Assembly (NCBI GenBank): GCA_018780265.1
Contig: JADMJV010000021.1
Location: forward strand, 1-64,000
Source of the DNA: a bacterium
GTDB lineage: Bacteria > Vulcanimicrobiota > Xenobia > Xenobiales > JADMJV01
DNA: 64,000 bases
Direction: 5' to 3'
The notes under the pieces were generated by a model, which saw only the letters and a program-made list of their open reading frames with translations, searched no databases and was not told the origin of the DNA. Below, in pieces: positions 9,243-17,706 of the stretch (position 1 is its first letter; each line of letters starts with the position of its first letter). A program made the translations under genes and the position numbers.

Positions 9243-10976
9243 GTGACCATGAAGCGCAATAAAGTCTTTCAGTTTCTCTCCTCGATCAAGTTGGCCGTCA
9301 TCTTGTTTGTGTTGTTCGCGGGGATTTTGGCCACGGCCACCTTCTACGAGTCTAGCTACGATACGCAGACGGCCCAGCATCTGGTCTACAAGAGTCCGTT
9401 CTTCGCCTTCTTCCTGGCCTTGTTTTTTGTCAACATCTTCTGTTCCACGGCCATTCGCTTCCCCTGGAAGAAAAAGCAGTTCGGTTTTGTGGTCACGCAT
9501 ACGGGCATTCTGGTGTTGCTGGCCGCCTCGGCGGTGACGATGGTGGCCGGTGTCGATGGTTCCATGATGATTCAGGAGGGGCAGACTTCCAGGCGGGTCA
9601 TGCTCAATGACCCGGTCTTTTTTGTGGGCAGGCCCAGTGAGAAGATGAAAGAGGTTCCGGCCGAATTTCGCTGGCGCCCACCCACTGAAGAGAAGCCGGC
9701 AGTGGTGCCTTTGAGTGAGGGGGTGACCGCCGAAGTCATTGAATATCTCCACCATTCCCGCCTGCACACTTACTTTCAGGAAGCTCCTCAGGGAGTGCCG
9801 GCCCTGGAGATGCGCATTTTCAATCCTCGGGTCGATCAGCGTCAGTGGTTGACGGCCGGCCGGGGCGACATCCAGTTGGGCCCTGCCAAGATCCGCCTGC
9901 TGCGGGCCAGCGACGATGCTCACCTGAAGACCTTGCTGGGGGCGGGTTCGAGCGAAAAAGGCGACTTGCAGTTGCTGGTGGCGGGCGAGCCCATTCAAAT
10001 CAAAATTTCCGAGCTGACTCCCGGCAAACCATTCCCGGCCGGCAAGTTTCAGGTTACTCTGAAGCGCCTGTTGCCGCACGCGGTTGTGGTCAAGAATCAG
10101 CTGGTTTCTCAGAGCGATGAACCGATCAATCCCTGTCTCGATCTGCGCATCAGCGATGATCAGGGAAACTGGCAGGAATGGCTGCTTTTTGCTCGACTGC
10201 CCGATCTCAACACCCGCACTGCGTCTCAGGGCAAGACTTTGCAGGCTCGTCTGCTCTACGTGTGGGACAGTCCCGGCAAGGAGCACGTGTTGACCTTTGT
10301 TGTGAATTCGGCTGGCAAGTTGTGGGCCAAGGTCGACCAGCGGCCGGCTGTGGCCGTGGAAGTCGGCAAGGCTCAGCCCACCGGCTGGATGAACTTGCAA
10401 TTTGAGGTCCAGAAGCTTTTTCCCAGGGCGGTCGAAGTGCGCGAATTTGTGGCCGTTGAGGTGGAAAAGGGCAATGAGCAGAACGCACCTCCGCCGGCCA
10501 TCAAGGTCCGCTTTCAGGGAGTCAAGGAAAGTCAGCCGGTATGGCTGGAGCGGGGCGATGTCCACCAGGTCAACACCGCCTCCGGGCAACCGCTGGTGGT
10601 GGGCTACGCCTACCGAACCATCGAGTTGGAGTTTCCGGTGCGGTTGAAGGACTTTCAGACGGTGATGGATCCGGGTACTAACAGTCCGGCGGCCTTCAAG
10701 AGTCAGGTGGAGGTGGAGGGCAAGGAATACTTGATTGAAATGAACGAGCCCATGGTTAAAGGGGGCTTCAAGTTCTTTCAAAGCAGCTATGCCGAGGTGC
10801 CTGGCCAACCTTCCACTTCTATCTTTACGGTTGCCAAAGACCCCGGCATTGGATTGAAATATTTGGGTTCGATTATGGTGGTATTGGGTATCGCCATCAT
10901 GTTTGCGACCAGGCCGTACAAAGTGGGGCTAAGTCGCCGAGTAGAGCGTCCTGACGAGGAGCCTATCTCAGATTGA
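9243..10976 (+). CDS. ccsB: Cytochrome c biogenesis protein CcsB/ResB (system II).
   Basis: N-terminal TM segments plus a large periplasmic domain with ResB-like length and hydropathy. It is translationally coupled (4-nt overlap) to ccsA. Confidence 0.75.
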   Translation: MTMKRNKVFQFLSSIKLAVILFVLFAGILATATFYESSYDTQTAQHLVYKSPFFAFFLALFFVNIFCSTAIRFPWKKKQFGFVVTHTGILVLLAASAVTMVAGVDGSMMIQEGQTSRRVMLNDPVFFVGRPSEKMKEVPAEFRWRPPTEEKPAVVPLSEGVTAEVIEYLHHSRLHTYFQEAPQGVPALEMRIFNPRVDQRQWLTAGRGDIQLGPAKIRLLRASDDAHLKTLLGAGSSEKGDLQLLVAGEPIQIKISELTPGKPFPAGKFQVTLKRLLPHAVVVKNQLVSQSDEPINPCLDLRISDDQGNWQEWLLFARLPDLNTRTASQGKTLQARLLYVWDSPGKEHVLTFVVNSAGKLWAKVDQRPAVAVEVGKAQPTGWMNLQFEVQKLFPRAVEVREFVAVEVEKGNEQNAPPPAIKVRFQGVKESQPVWLERGDVHQVNTASGQPLVVGYAYRTIELEFPVRLKDFQTVMDPGTNSPAAFKSQVEVEGKEYLIEMNEPMVKGGFKFFQSSYAEVPGQPSTSIFTVAKDPGIGLKYLGSIMVVLGIAIMFATRPYKVGLSRRVERPDEEPISD

Positions 10977-12625
10977 GGATGTCCATGAAGTCGCAGTTCC
11001 TTTTGCTAGCCTGGTTGTTCGCCCTGGTCTGTCCGGGGTTGGGTTGGGCCCAAGAAGCTCCTCCCGCCTACCTTGACCGATTTCGTCATCTGGCTGTGCA
11101 GCAGGGGGGGCGACTCAAGCCCTTTGACACTTTTGCTCTGGAGTCTGTGCGCTACATCACCGGCAAGGTCGAGTTTGAAAAACGCGACCCGGTAGTGACG
11201 ATGCTGCAATGGTGGGCCCTCAATGAGAAAGTCGTGGATCTTCCGGTCATCGAGTTTCGCAACAAAGAGTGGCTCAAGCGCCTGGGATTGTCGGTCGATC
11301 AGCGCTACTACAAAGCCAGCGAATTGAATAAGAATCCAGAACTCGTCAAGATTCGCGAGCAGCTTCACCAGTTGAAACCAGGCGATAAGGTGCCTCAGCG
11401 GCTGGTCCCTATCAGTGAACTGATTAGCAAAATGGCGACCCTGGAGATGTTGGCCCGGGGCGCCGACTGGTCGATGGTACCCTCGCCCCACGCTCTGACC
11501 GACCCCTGGGGAAGCCTGTATGACCTGGAAGGGGAGACTCCCCCCGAGTTGGGCGCGGCCAGGCAGGCCTCGGCCAGGTTTCGTGTGGCCTTGCAGCAGC
11601 ACACTGGCGAGGATGCGGCAGTCGGCGAACTGGCTCAATCGCTGCAGGCTCTGGGCCCCTATCCCGACCCTTCGGCCCTGGCCAGGGAAGTGCACTATAA
11701 CCATTTTCACCCCTTTCGCAAGGCCTGGATGCTTTATCTCTTCAGCCTGGTCTGTCTCTTTCTAACCACGCGTGGCACCTCGCTTTACTGGTTGGGTGTG
11801 GCCGGAGCGGCCGGCGGTTGGACGCTGCACGCCTATGGTTTTTACCTGCGCTGCAGCATCGGCGGACGCCCCCCTGTGACCAACATGTATGAGTCGGTCA
11901 TCTGGGTGGGTTTTGGCGCAGTAACTTTTGCCTTGATCTTCGAACTGCTCTATCGCGCCCGCAGCTATCTGATGGCGGCCTGTAGCGGGGCGGTTATTTG
12001 CCTGGCTTTGGCCGATCAGTTGCCGGCTGTGCTCGACCCCTCCATTCGCCCATTGATGCCCGTACTGCGCAGCAATTTTTGGCTGACCATTCACGTGCTC
12101 ACCATCACGCTGGGTTATGCCGCTTTTCTGCTCTCGATGGGATTGGGCCATATGGTGCTGTGGAAGCATCTGCGCGGACCTGACCAGAAAGAAGAGTTGA
12201 GTGCATTGCACCTGGCTCTTTATAAATCCATTCAGGTGGGTGTGATTTTGCTGGCGGCCGGAACCTTCTTGGGCGGCGTATGGGCTAACTATTCTTGGGG
12301 CCGCTTCTGGGGTTGGGACCCCAAGGAAGTGTGGGCTTTGATCGCTTTGCTTGGCTATCTGGCCATTCTCCATGCTCGCTTCACGGGCTGGGTTGGGCAT
12401 TTTGGTATCGCCTGTTGGTCGGTGCTGGCCTTCCAGGGAGTGCTTATGGCCTGGTATGGCGTAAACTTTGTGCTGGGGGCCGGACTTCACAGTTATGGTT
12501 TTGGCAACGGTGGAGTTCAATACGTGGCGGTTTACAGCGCTCTGGAAGTGTTGTTTGTGGCCTATACGGCCTGGAAAGTGAAAGGTCACCAGGTCGATCT
12601 GGCCGGTCGCGCGCCCCATCCTTGA
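10973..12625 (+). CDS. ccsA: Cytochrome c-type biogenesis protein CcsA with an N-terminal periplasmic extension.
   Basis: WWD/tryptophan-rich heme-handling motif 'WGRFWGWDPKEVWALIAL' and multiple TM helices in the C-terminal half. Signal peptide at the N-terminus. Confidence 0.8.
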   Translation: MRMSMKSQFLLLAWLFALVCPGLGWAQEAPPAYLDRFRHLAVQQGGRLKPFDTFALESVRYITGKVEFEKRDPVVTMLQWWALNEKVVDLPVIEFRNKEWLKRLGLSVDQRYYKASELNKNPELVKIREQLHQLKPGDKVPQRLVPISELISKMATLEMLARGADWSMVPSPHALTDPWGSLYDLEGETPPELGAARQASARFRVALQQHTGEDAAVGELAQSLQALGPYPDPSALAREVHYNHFHPFRKAWMLYLFSLVCLFLTTRGTSLYWLGVAGAAGGWTLHAYGFYLRCSIGGRPPVTNMYESVIWVGFGAVTFALIFELLYRARSYLMAACSGAVICLALADQLPAVLDPSIRPLMPVLRSNFWLTIHVLTITLGYAAFLLSMGLGHMVLWKHLRGPDQKEELSALHLALYKSIQVGVILLAAGTFLGGVWANYSWGRFWGWDPKEVWALIALLGYLAILHARFTGWVGHFGIACWSVLAFQGVLMAWYGVNFVLGAGLHSYGFGNGGVQYVAVYSALEVLFVAYTAWKVKGHQVDLAGRAPHP

Positions 12626-13479
12626 TGTCGGTGGCCCGATGCGTCGACTTTTGTCTGGATCAGCCTTTGCTTGGCAGCGCCCCTTTGAGTCACTGGGTGT
12701 TGGTTGTCGATCAGCCGCGCCCCTGGCAGTCGAAGATTCAACGCGGTTTGACCCTGCCCCCTGAGTGGCAGGCCATCAGCGACGCCTGGCGTGTGAGTGG
12801 GGAGCCTTTTAGCTTGTTGGCCCGGGCCAGCGACCGGGGCCAGTTTCACCTGTTTCGCTGGCAGGACGGGGTGGTCTGTCAGTTGGCCCATCCGGAGGCA
12901 GAGCCTCAACCGGTGACGCCCCGGTTGTTGGTGTGTACGCACGGCAGTCGGGATGCCTGCTGTGGCAGTCTGGGGGTGCGTCTGGCCCAGATCCTGCGGT
13001 CTGAGCACGAGGTATGGGAAGTGAGTCATCTGGGAGGGCATCGCTTTGCCCCCACCCTGTGGCACTTGCCCGGTTGGCGTCTCTATGGTCGATTGCCTCT
13101 GGACTCGAGCGTGGTTGAGGGCTGGAACGATCCTCGCTATCTGCGCGGCAATGCCGCCTACTCCCCTCAAATTCAGGTATTGGAAGAGCATCTGCGGCGA
13201 TTGAGGGGGCGGTGGCCGCTGTGGATCTGCGAGCACGAGAACGGTTTCCGGGTGCGCTGGCCATGCGGCCAGGAGGAGATGTGGGCTGCGACCCTGCTGA
13301 CGCATTCCCATCGGGGCCCCGTGAGCTGCCGTGACATCGCGCCAGGGATAAGCGAGCCCTACCTCAGTTACGAAGTGGCCGAATCGGAGTGTGTCGGGCT
13401 GCTGGACCCGGCCGGCAAATCTGAGCAACTTTCAACTTCTGAAGGGGTTCGCTGCCCGACCGGGAAAAGGCCCCCATGA
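12625..13479 (+). CDS. Sucrase/ferredoxin-like family protein (thioredoxin-like [2Fe-2S] fold).
   Basis: Motifs 'CTHGSRDACCGSLG' and 'SHLGGHRFAP' are present. The ATG at 12625 overlaps the ccsA stop (TGATG). The longer ORF from 12295 runs inside ccsA. Confidence 0.5.
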   Translation: MSVARCVDFCLDQPLLGSAPLSHWVLVVDQPRPWQSKIQRGLTLPPEWQAISDAWRVSGEPFSLLARASDRGQFHLFRWQDGVVCQLAHPEAEPQPVTPRLLVCTHGSRDACCGSLGVRLAQILRSEHEVWEVSHLGGHRFAPTLWHLPGWRLYGRLPLDSSVVEGWNDPRYLRGNAAYSPQIQVLEEHLRRLRGRWPLWICEHENGFRVRWPCGQEEMWAATLLTHSHRGPVSCRDIAPGISEPYLSYEVAESECVGLLDPAGKSEQLSTSEGVRCPTGKRPP

Positions 13480-13859
13480 GCAGTGCCGAGGGGATGACCA
13501 TGACCGAGCAAGACTATACCTTGTTGCGAACTCTGGTAGCTCTGGCCTGGGCCGACGGGTCGTTGGCCGCTGGCGAGCTGGAGTGGATCGAAAAGGTAAT
13601 GGAGCAACTGCAGGTTCCTGCTGAGCAGCGAACTCAATTGCTGAGCGCCGCTCCGCCCTTGCCTACCGAGTCCGAACTTCAAGGTGCGTTGCCCGAAGGT
13701 GATGATCGGGAGACTTTCCTGCGCTTCTTGCTCTCCGTCTCCTTAGAGGATGGCGAAACCACCCTGGACGAACTGAACCTTTTGAAGGACCTCAGCCATA
13801 AACTGGGGGTGTCTGGAGACGCTCTCGAGGAGATGCGTCAGAGCGTACTGGCCCCGTAG
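13476..13859 (+). CDS. TerB-like (tellurite-resistance TerB / DjlA N-domain-like) protein.
   Basis: 'LAWADGSLAAGELEWIEKV' and a second 'LEDGETTLDELNLLKDLSHKLG' repeat match the paired TerB motif. 4-nt overlap with the upstream gene. Confidence 0.5.
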   Translation: MSSAEGMTMTEQDYTLLRTLVALAWADGSLAAGELEWIEKVMEQLQVPAEQRTQLLSAAPPLPTESELQGALPEGDDRETFLRFLLSVSLEDGETTLDELNLLKDLSHKLGVSGDALEEMRQSVLAP

Positions 13860-13874
13860 CTCAACGGACCGGGG

Positions 13875-14261
13875 ATGAGCGACGAGGACGACGACTGGGA
13901 GGATTACGATGGCCTCGGGGACGAGGACGCGGATGGTCTGCCTCCTCAGGCGGGCGACGACGAGGTCGAGGTTGACCTGGATGAGCTTTGCGGACGTCTG
14001 TTGGCCAACTCTACCGGCCTGAGCTTCTTTGATACCTTTGTAAAGTTGGCTCTGGACTGGCTGGAGGACGAAGAAACCACCGAAAATTTGCGGGCTGCTA
14101 GTGAGCAACTCGAGCGGGACCTGCTCTCGCACTGGAGCCTGCAGGTGCCGGACTGGCTCGACGACGAGTTGGCCGATCTCAAGCAGGCCTTTGAAAAAGA
14201 GGATGGGGAGAAGGTGCTCTACATTCTCTTGCATATCCAAAAGAAACTGCGCGCCACTTGA
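13875..14261 (+). CDS. Highly acidic hypothetical protein.
   Basis: The N-terminus 'MSDEDDDWEDYDGLGDEDADG' is D/E-rich. Same strand, 4-nt overlap with the next gene. Confidence 0.4.
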   Translation: MSDEDDDWEDYDGLGDEDADGLPPQAGDDEVEVDLDELCGRLLANSTGLSFFDTFVKLALDWLEDEETTENLRAASEQLERDLLSHWSLQVPDWLDDELADLKQAFEKEDGEKVLYILLHIQKKLRAT

Positions 14262-15955
14262 GACGACTACTTGTGGGACTGGCCCTGGCCACGGCCGTGG
14301 CAGCCGAAACTCCGGACCAGCGGTTTTGCGCGATTGCCGATGACTTTTTGCAAGGCTACCTGCGCCTCAACCCCGAGGCCGCTACTACGCTGGGAGATCA
14401 TCGCTACGACGGGCGTTGGAGCGATGTGTCAGCAGCCGGCCTGTTGGAGAGTCAGCAGTTTCAGCGTCAACTTTTGTCTCGTTTGAAGGGACTCCAGGGC
14501 TCCACTCTCTGTCCCGAAAATACCGTGGACCGGGAAATTTTGGGGCAGCATCTACAGGGCCAACTGTGGGCACTGCGAGATTTGCGCGAGTGGCAATGGA
14601 ATCCGCTGCTCTATAATCCGGGTCCGGCGCTGTTTGCGATTGTGGCCCGAGATTACGCCCCCTTGCCCGAGCGGCTGGAGTCGTTGGCTCAGCGACTCGA
14701 CGCTCTCCCGGTTTACCTGGCTCAAGCCCGCACTCAATTGGACAACCCCCCGCTGCTGCATACGCAGACGGCCATTCAGCAAAATCAGGGCACGATCACC
14801 TTTGTTCAGAACGATCTGGAGCTATTTCTGAAGGACGCGCCCCAACTGCGCCCGCGCCTGGAAGCGGCTCAAAGGGTGGCTCTGGAGGCGCTTAAGGAAC
14901 ACGGTGCCTGGCTCGAGAACCATCTGCTACCGCGCTCCCACGGCGATTTTCGGCTGGGTCCCGTGAAATACCGGCGCAAACTATTGTATACTTTGGAGTC
15001 GTCGTTGACCGCCGAAGAGCTGAGTCGACGTGCTCAACTCGATTTGGAACAGACTCATCTGGAGATGGCCAGGGTGGCCAGACCTCTCTACGCCCGTCTG
15101 CTTCACTCCTCTGCGGAGGGACTGCCCGACGCCGAGGTGTGCCGGGCCGTGCTCAATCGCCTGGCTGATGATCGTCCGGATAGCAGCAACATTGTGCCGC
15201 TGGCTCGTCAGTCTTTGGAGCGAGCCACCGAGTTTGTGCGCCAGCACAAATTGGTGACTTTGCCCGTTGAGCCCTGTCAGATTATTGAGATGCCCGAGTT
15301 TAATCGGGGGGTGGCGATCGCTTACTGTGACTCGCCGGGCCCACTGGAAAAGGGCGGCACAACCTACTATGCCATCGCGCCCACTCCTTCGGATTGGGGC
15401 GCTCAGCGGGCCATCAGTTTCTATCGTGAGTACAACCATGCCATGCTCGACGATCTCACCGTTCATGAGGCTATGCCGGGTCATTTTCTGCAGCTGATGC
15501 ACGCCAATCGTTTTAAGGCGCCCACCCGCATTCGGGCCGTGCTTCAGAGTGGCACTTTCGTAGAAGGATGGGCAACTTACGCCGAGCAGGTGATGGCCGC
15601 AAACCAATATGGGGGGGCTGAGGTCAGGATGCAGCAGTTGAAGATGCGCCTTCGCTTGATTCTGAACGCATTGCTGGATCAGAAAGTTCACATGGGCAAC
15701 ATCAGCGAAGCCGAGGCGGTGGATTGGCTGATGCGAGAGGGATTTCAAGAGGAAGGCGAGGCCGCCGGAAAGTGGAAGCGCGCCTGCCTGACCAGTGCGC
15801 AACTCTCCACTTATTACCTGGGCAACTGCGAGGTCAACGATTTGGTGACCGCCTACCGCAAAGCTCACCCCACCGATAGCTTGCAGGTTGTTCATGACAA
15901 AATCCTGTCGTTTGGATCGCCGGCACCTTGCTACATTGCGCGACTGCTTAAGTAA
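14258..15955 (+). CDS. DUF885-family putative secreted metallopeptidase.
   Basis: Signal peptide 'MRRLLVGLALATAVAA'. Conserved 'HEAMPGHFLQ' (HExxPGH) motif is present. 565 aa. Confidence 0.55.
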   Translation: MRRLLVGLALATAVAAETPDQRFCAIADDFLQGYLRLNPEAATTLGDHRYDGRWSDVSAAGLLESQQFQRQLLSRLKGLQGSTLCPENTVDREILGQHLQGQLWALRDLREWQWNPLLYNPGPALFAIVARDYAPLPERLESLAQRLDALPVYLAQARTQLDNPPLLHTQTAIQQNQGTITFVQNDLELFLKDAPQLRPRLEAAQRVALEALKEHGAWLENHLLPRSHGDFRLGPVKYRRKLLYTLESSLTAEELSRRAQLDLEQTHLEMARVARPLYARLLHSSAEGLPDAEVCRAVLNRLADDRPDSSNIVPLARQSLERATEFVRQHKLVTLPVEPCQIIEMPEFNRGVAIAYCDSPGPLEKGGTTYYAIAPTPSDWGAQRAISFYREYNHAMLDDLTVHEAMPGHFLQLMHANRFKAPTRIRAVLQSGTFVEGWATYAEQVMAANQYGGAEVRMQQLKMRLRLILNALLDQKVHMGNISEAEAVDWLMREGFQEEGEAAGKWKRACLTSAQLSTYYLGNCEVNDLVTAYRKAHPTDSLQVVHDKILSFGSPAPCYIARLLK

Positions 15956-15994
15956 TAGTATCCATGGGAATCGAACAAGCGGAGGACTGAGAAC

Positions 15995-16216
15995 ATGGCA
16001 AAAATTGAAGTAGGCAAATTGACCCGGGTAGCCACCGTGGACGGTCGCGTTTACCTGGGACTGTTGACGGGCTACGCGGAGGTTTCCCAGGGCGAAGACA
16101 TGCTGGAGGAGATCTATCTCAGCGGTTGTGGCGATGTGCTGACTACGATTCAGATGAATAACGTCAAAGACATCGACCAGGGTCGAATCCACTTTGATTT
16201 CAATCCGCCCGATTAA
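15995..16216 (+). CDS. Small hypothetical protein (73 aa), possibly an Sm-like beta-barrel.
   Basis: GGAGGA Shine-Dalgarno 9 nt before the ATG. 'ATVDGRVYLGLLTGYAEV...MLEEIYL' weakly resembles an LSm fold pattern. Confidence 0.4.
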   Translation: MAKIEVGKLTRVATVDGRVYLGLLTGYAEVSQGEDMLEEIYLSGCGDVLTTIQMNNVKDIDQGRIHFDFNPPD

Positions 16217-16296
16217 GAGGGTCTCTTCACGGTTTCTTCACCTTCGCCGCAAGTTTATGCCGAACTTCGCTCTAACCTGTGCAACAGGAGGTGACC

Positions 16297-17640
16297 ATGT
16301 CCCAAGTAACCGGTCGAACTCGCTTTTTGCCCCCCTTCTTTATGATCGGCATGGCCCGGGATCCCCTGGGATTTTTAAGTGGACTGCACGAGCGTCACGG
16401 AAGTTTTGTGAGCGTACGCGCCGGGCGGCACGTCTACCCCTTGATCGAGCCGGAGTTGATCCGCGAAGTACTGGTTACCCAGGCTTCCAGCTTTGCCAAA
16501 GGGCGTGGCCTGGAAATGGCCAGACGTTTGCTGGGGAACGGCCTGCTCACGGCCAATGGAGAAGAGCACCTGCGTCAACGCAGATTGGTGCAACCGGCCT
16601 TCCACAGGCAACGTCTGCAGCGTTACGCCGAAGTAATGGGCGACGTCACCGCCGCCCGGCTCAGCCGCTGGCGGGACGGTCAATGCCTTTGCCTTTCTCG
16701 CGAGATGATGGCTACCACGCTGGAGATCATTACTCAGACCATGTTTGGAGAATCCATCGGCACCCGGGCTGAGGTGGTAGAGGAAGCGATGAATGAGGCC
16801 CTGGAGCGCTTTCAGGTGGGACTGCTTCCTTTGTTGCCGCTGCTAGAATTGCTACCGCTGCCTTCTAACCGTCGCTTTCAGAGCGCCAGGGAGCAACTGG
16901 ATGGGGTTATTTTGGACTTGATTAGAACCCGTCGGCAAAACCCGGAAGATCGCGGCGATTTGCTTTCGATGCTGCTGGCCGCCGTCGACGAGGGCCAGCA
17001 AATGTCTGACCAGCAACTGCGCGACGAGGCCATGACCATCTTTTTGGCCGGCCACGAGACCACCGCCAATGCGCTGGCCTGGACCTTTGCGCTGCTGGCT
17101 CAGCACCCGCAAGAGATGGTGCGAGTTCAGGCTGAGGTCGACCAGGTGTTGAATGGGCGTCTGCCAGGCTTTGCAGACCTGGAACGCCTGCCCGCTTGCA
17201 GACGAGCCCTGCAAGAGTCGATGCGTCTGCATCCGCCAGCCTGGATCATCGGTCGTCAGGCCACCGAGAAGGTGCAGATTGGCGGGGAGTGGCTGGAGCC
17301 AGGCAGTGTGGTGCTGATGACCACCTGGGCGGCCCATCGCCATGGCCGTTTTTTTCCTCAGCCAGAGCGCTTTTGGCCGGCTCGCTGGGCCGACTCGGAA
17401 TGGGAAAAGTCGTTGCCCAAGTTTGCCTATTTTCCCTTTGGTGGGGGAAATCGGGTCTGCATTGGCGAGCATTTTGCCCGCATGGAGGCTTTGCTGATAT
17501 TGGCCAGCGTCGTGCAAAGCTGGGACTTTCGGCTGTTGGCGGGACAGATGCCCAGCCCGGAGCCCCGCATAACCCTGCGTCTCAAGGGGGGGCTGCCTGT
17601 CCAACTGTGGCGCCGCCGCGGATTGGCCCAGGCCGTGTAA
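16297..17640 (+). CDS. Cytochrome P450 monooxygenase.
   Basis: Heme-binding loop 'FGGGNRVCIGEHFA', I-helix 'AGHETT', 'ESMRLHPP' (ExxR). AGGAGG Shine-Dalgarno 5 nt before the ATG at 16297. Confidence 0.85.
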   Translation: MSQVTGRTRFLPPFFMIGMARDPLGFLSGLHERHGSFVSVRAGRHVYPLIEPELIREVLVTQASSFAKGRGLEMARRLLGNGLLTANGEEHLRQRRLVQPAFHRQRLQRYAEVMGDVTAARLSRWRDGQCLCLSREMMATTLEIITQTMFGESIGTRAEVVEEAMNEALERFQVGLLPLLPLLELLPLPSNRRFQSAREQLDGVILDLIRTRRQNPEDRGDLLSMLLAAVDEGQQMSDQQLRDEAMTIFLAGHETTANALAWTFALLAQHPQEMVRVQAEVDQVLNGRLPGFADLERLPACRRALQESMRLHPPAWIIGRQATEKVQIGGEWLEPGSVVLMTTWAAHRHGRFFPQPERFWPARWADSEWEKSLPKFAYFPFGGGNRVCIGEHFARMEALLILASVVQSWDFRLLAGQMPSPEPRITLRLKGGLPVQLWRRRGLAQAV

Positions 17641-17706
17641 GTCCTTCGAGGAATCTGGGCGGGTGGCAGGAAGAGCCATGCACAGTAATTCCTTCAGGGG
17701 GTAGTT

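Noticed and set aside
9069-10808. 579-aa ORF antisense to ccsB. Similar long antisense ORFs occur at 3480-4637, 6304-7293, 11006-11710, 11762-12619, 19267-20316, 22549-23364, 23286-24851, 31369-33192, 34462-35037, 40728-41705, 42307-42954, 44412-45346, 52113-53075.
   Set aside because: High GC keeps non-coding frames open. Each is antisense to a gene with clear family motifs, and their translations are Arg/Gly/Pro/Ala-rich low-complexity text.
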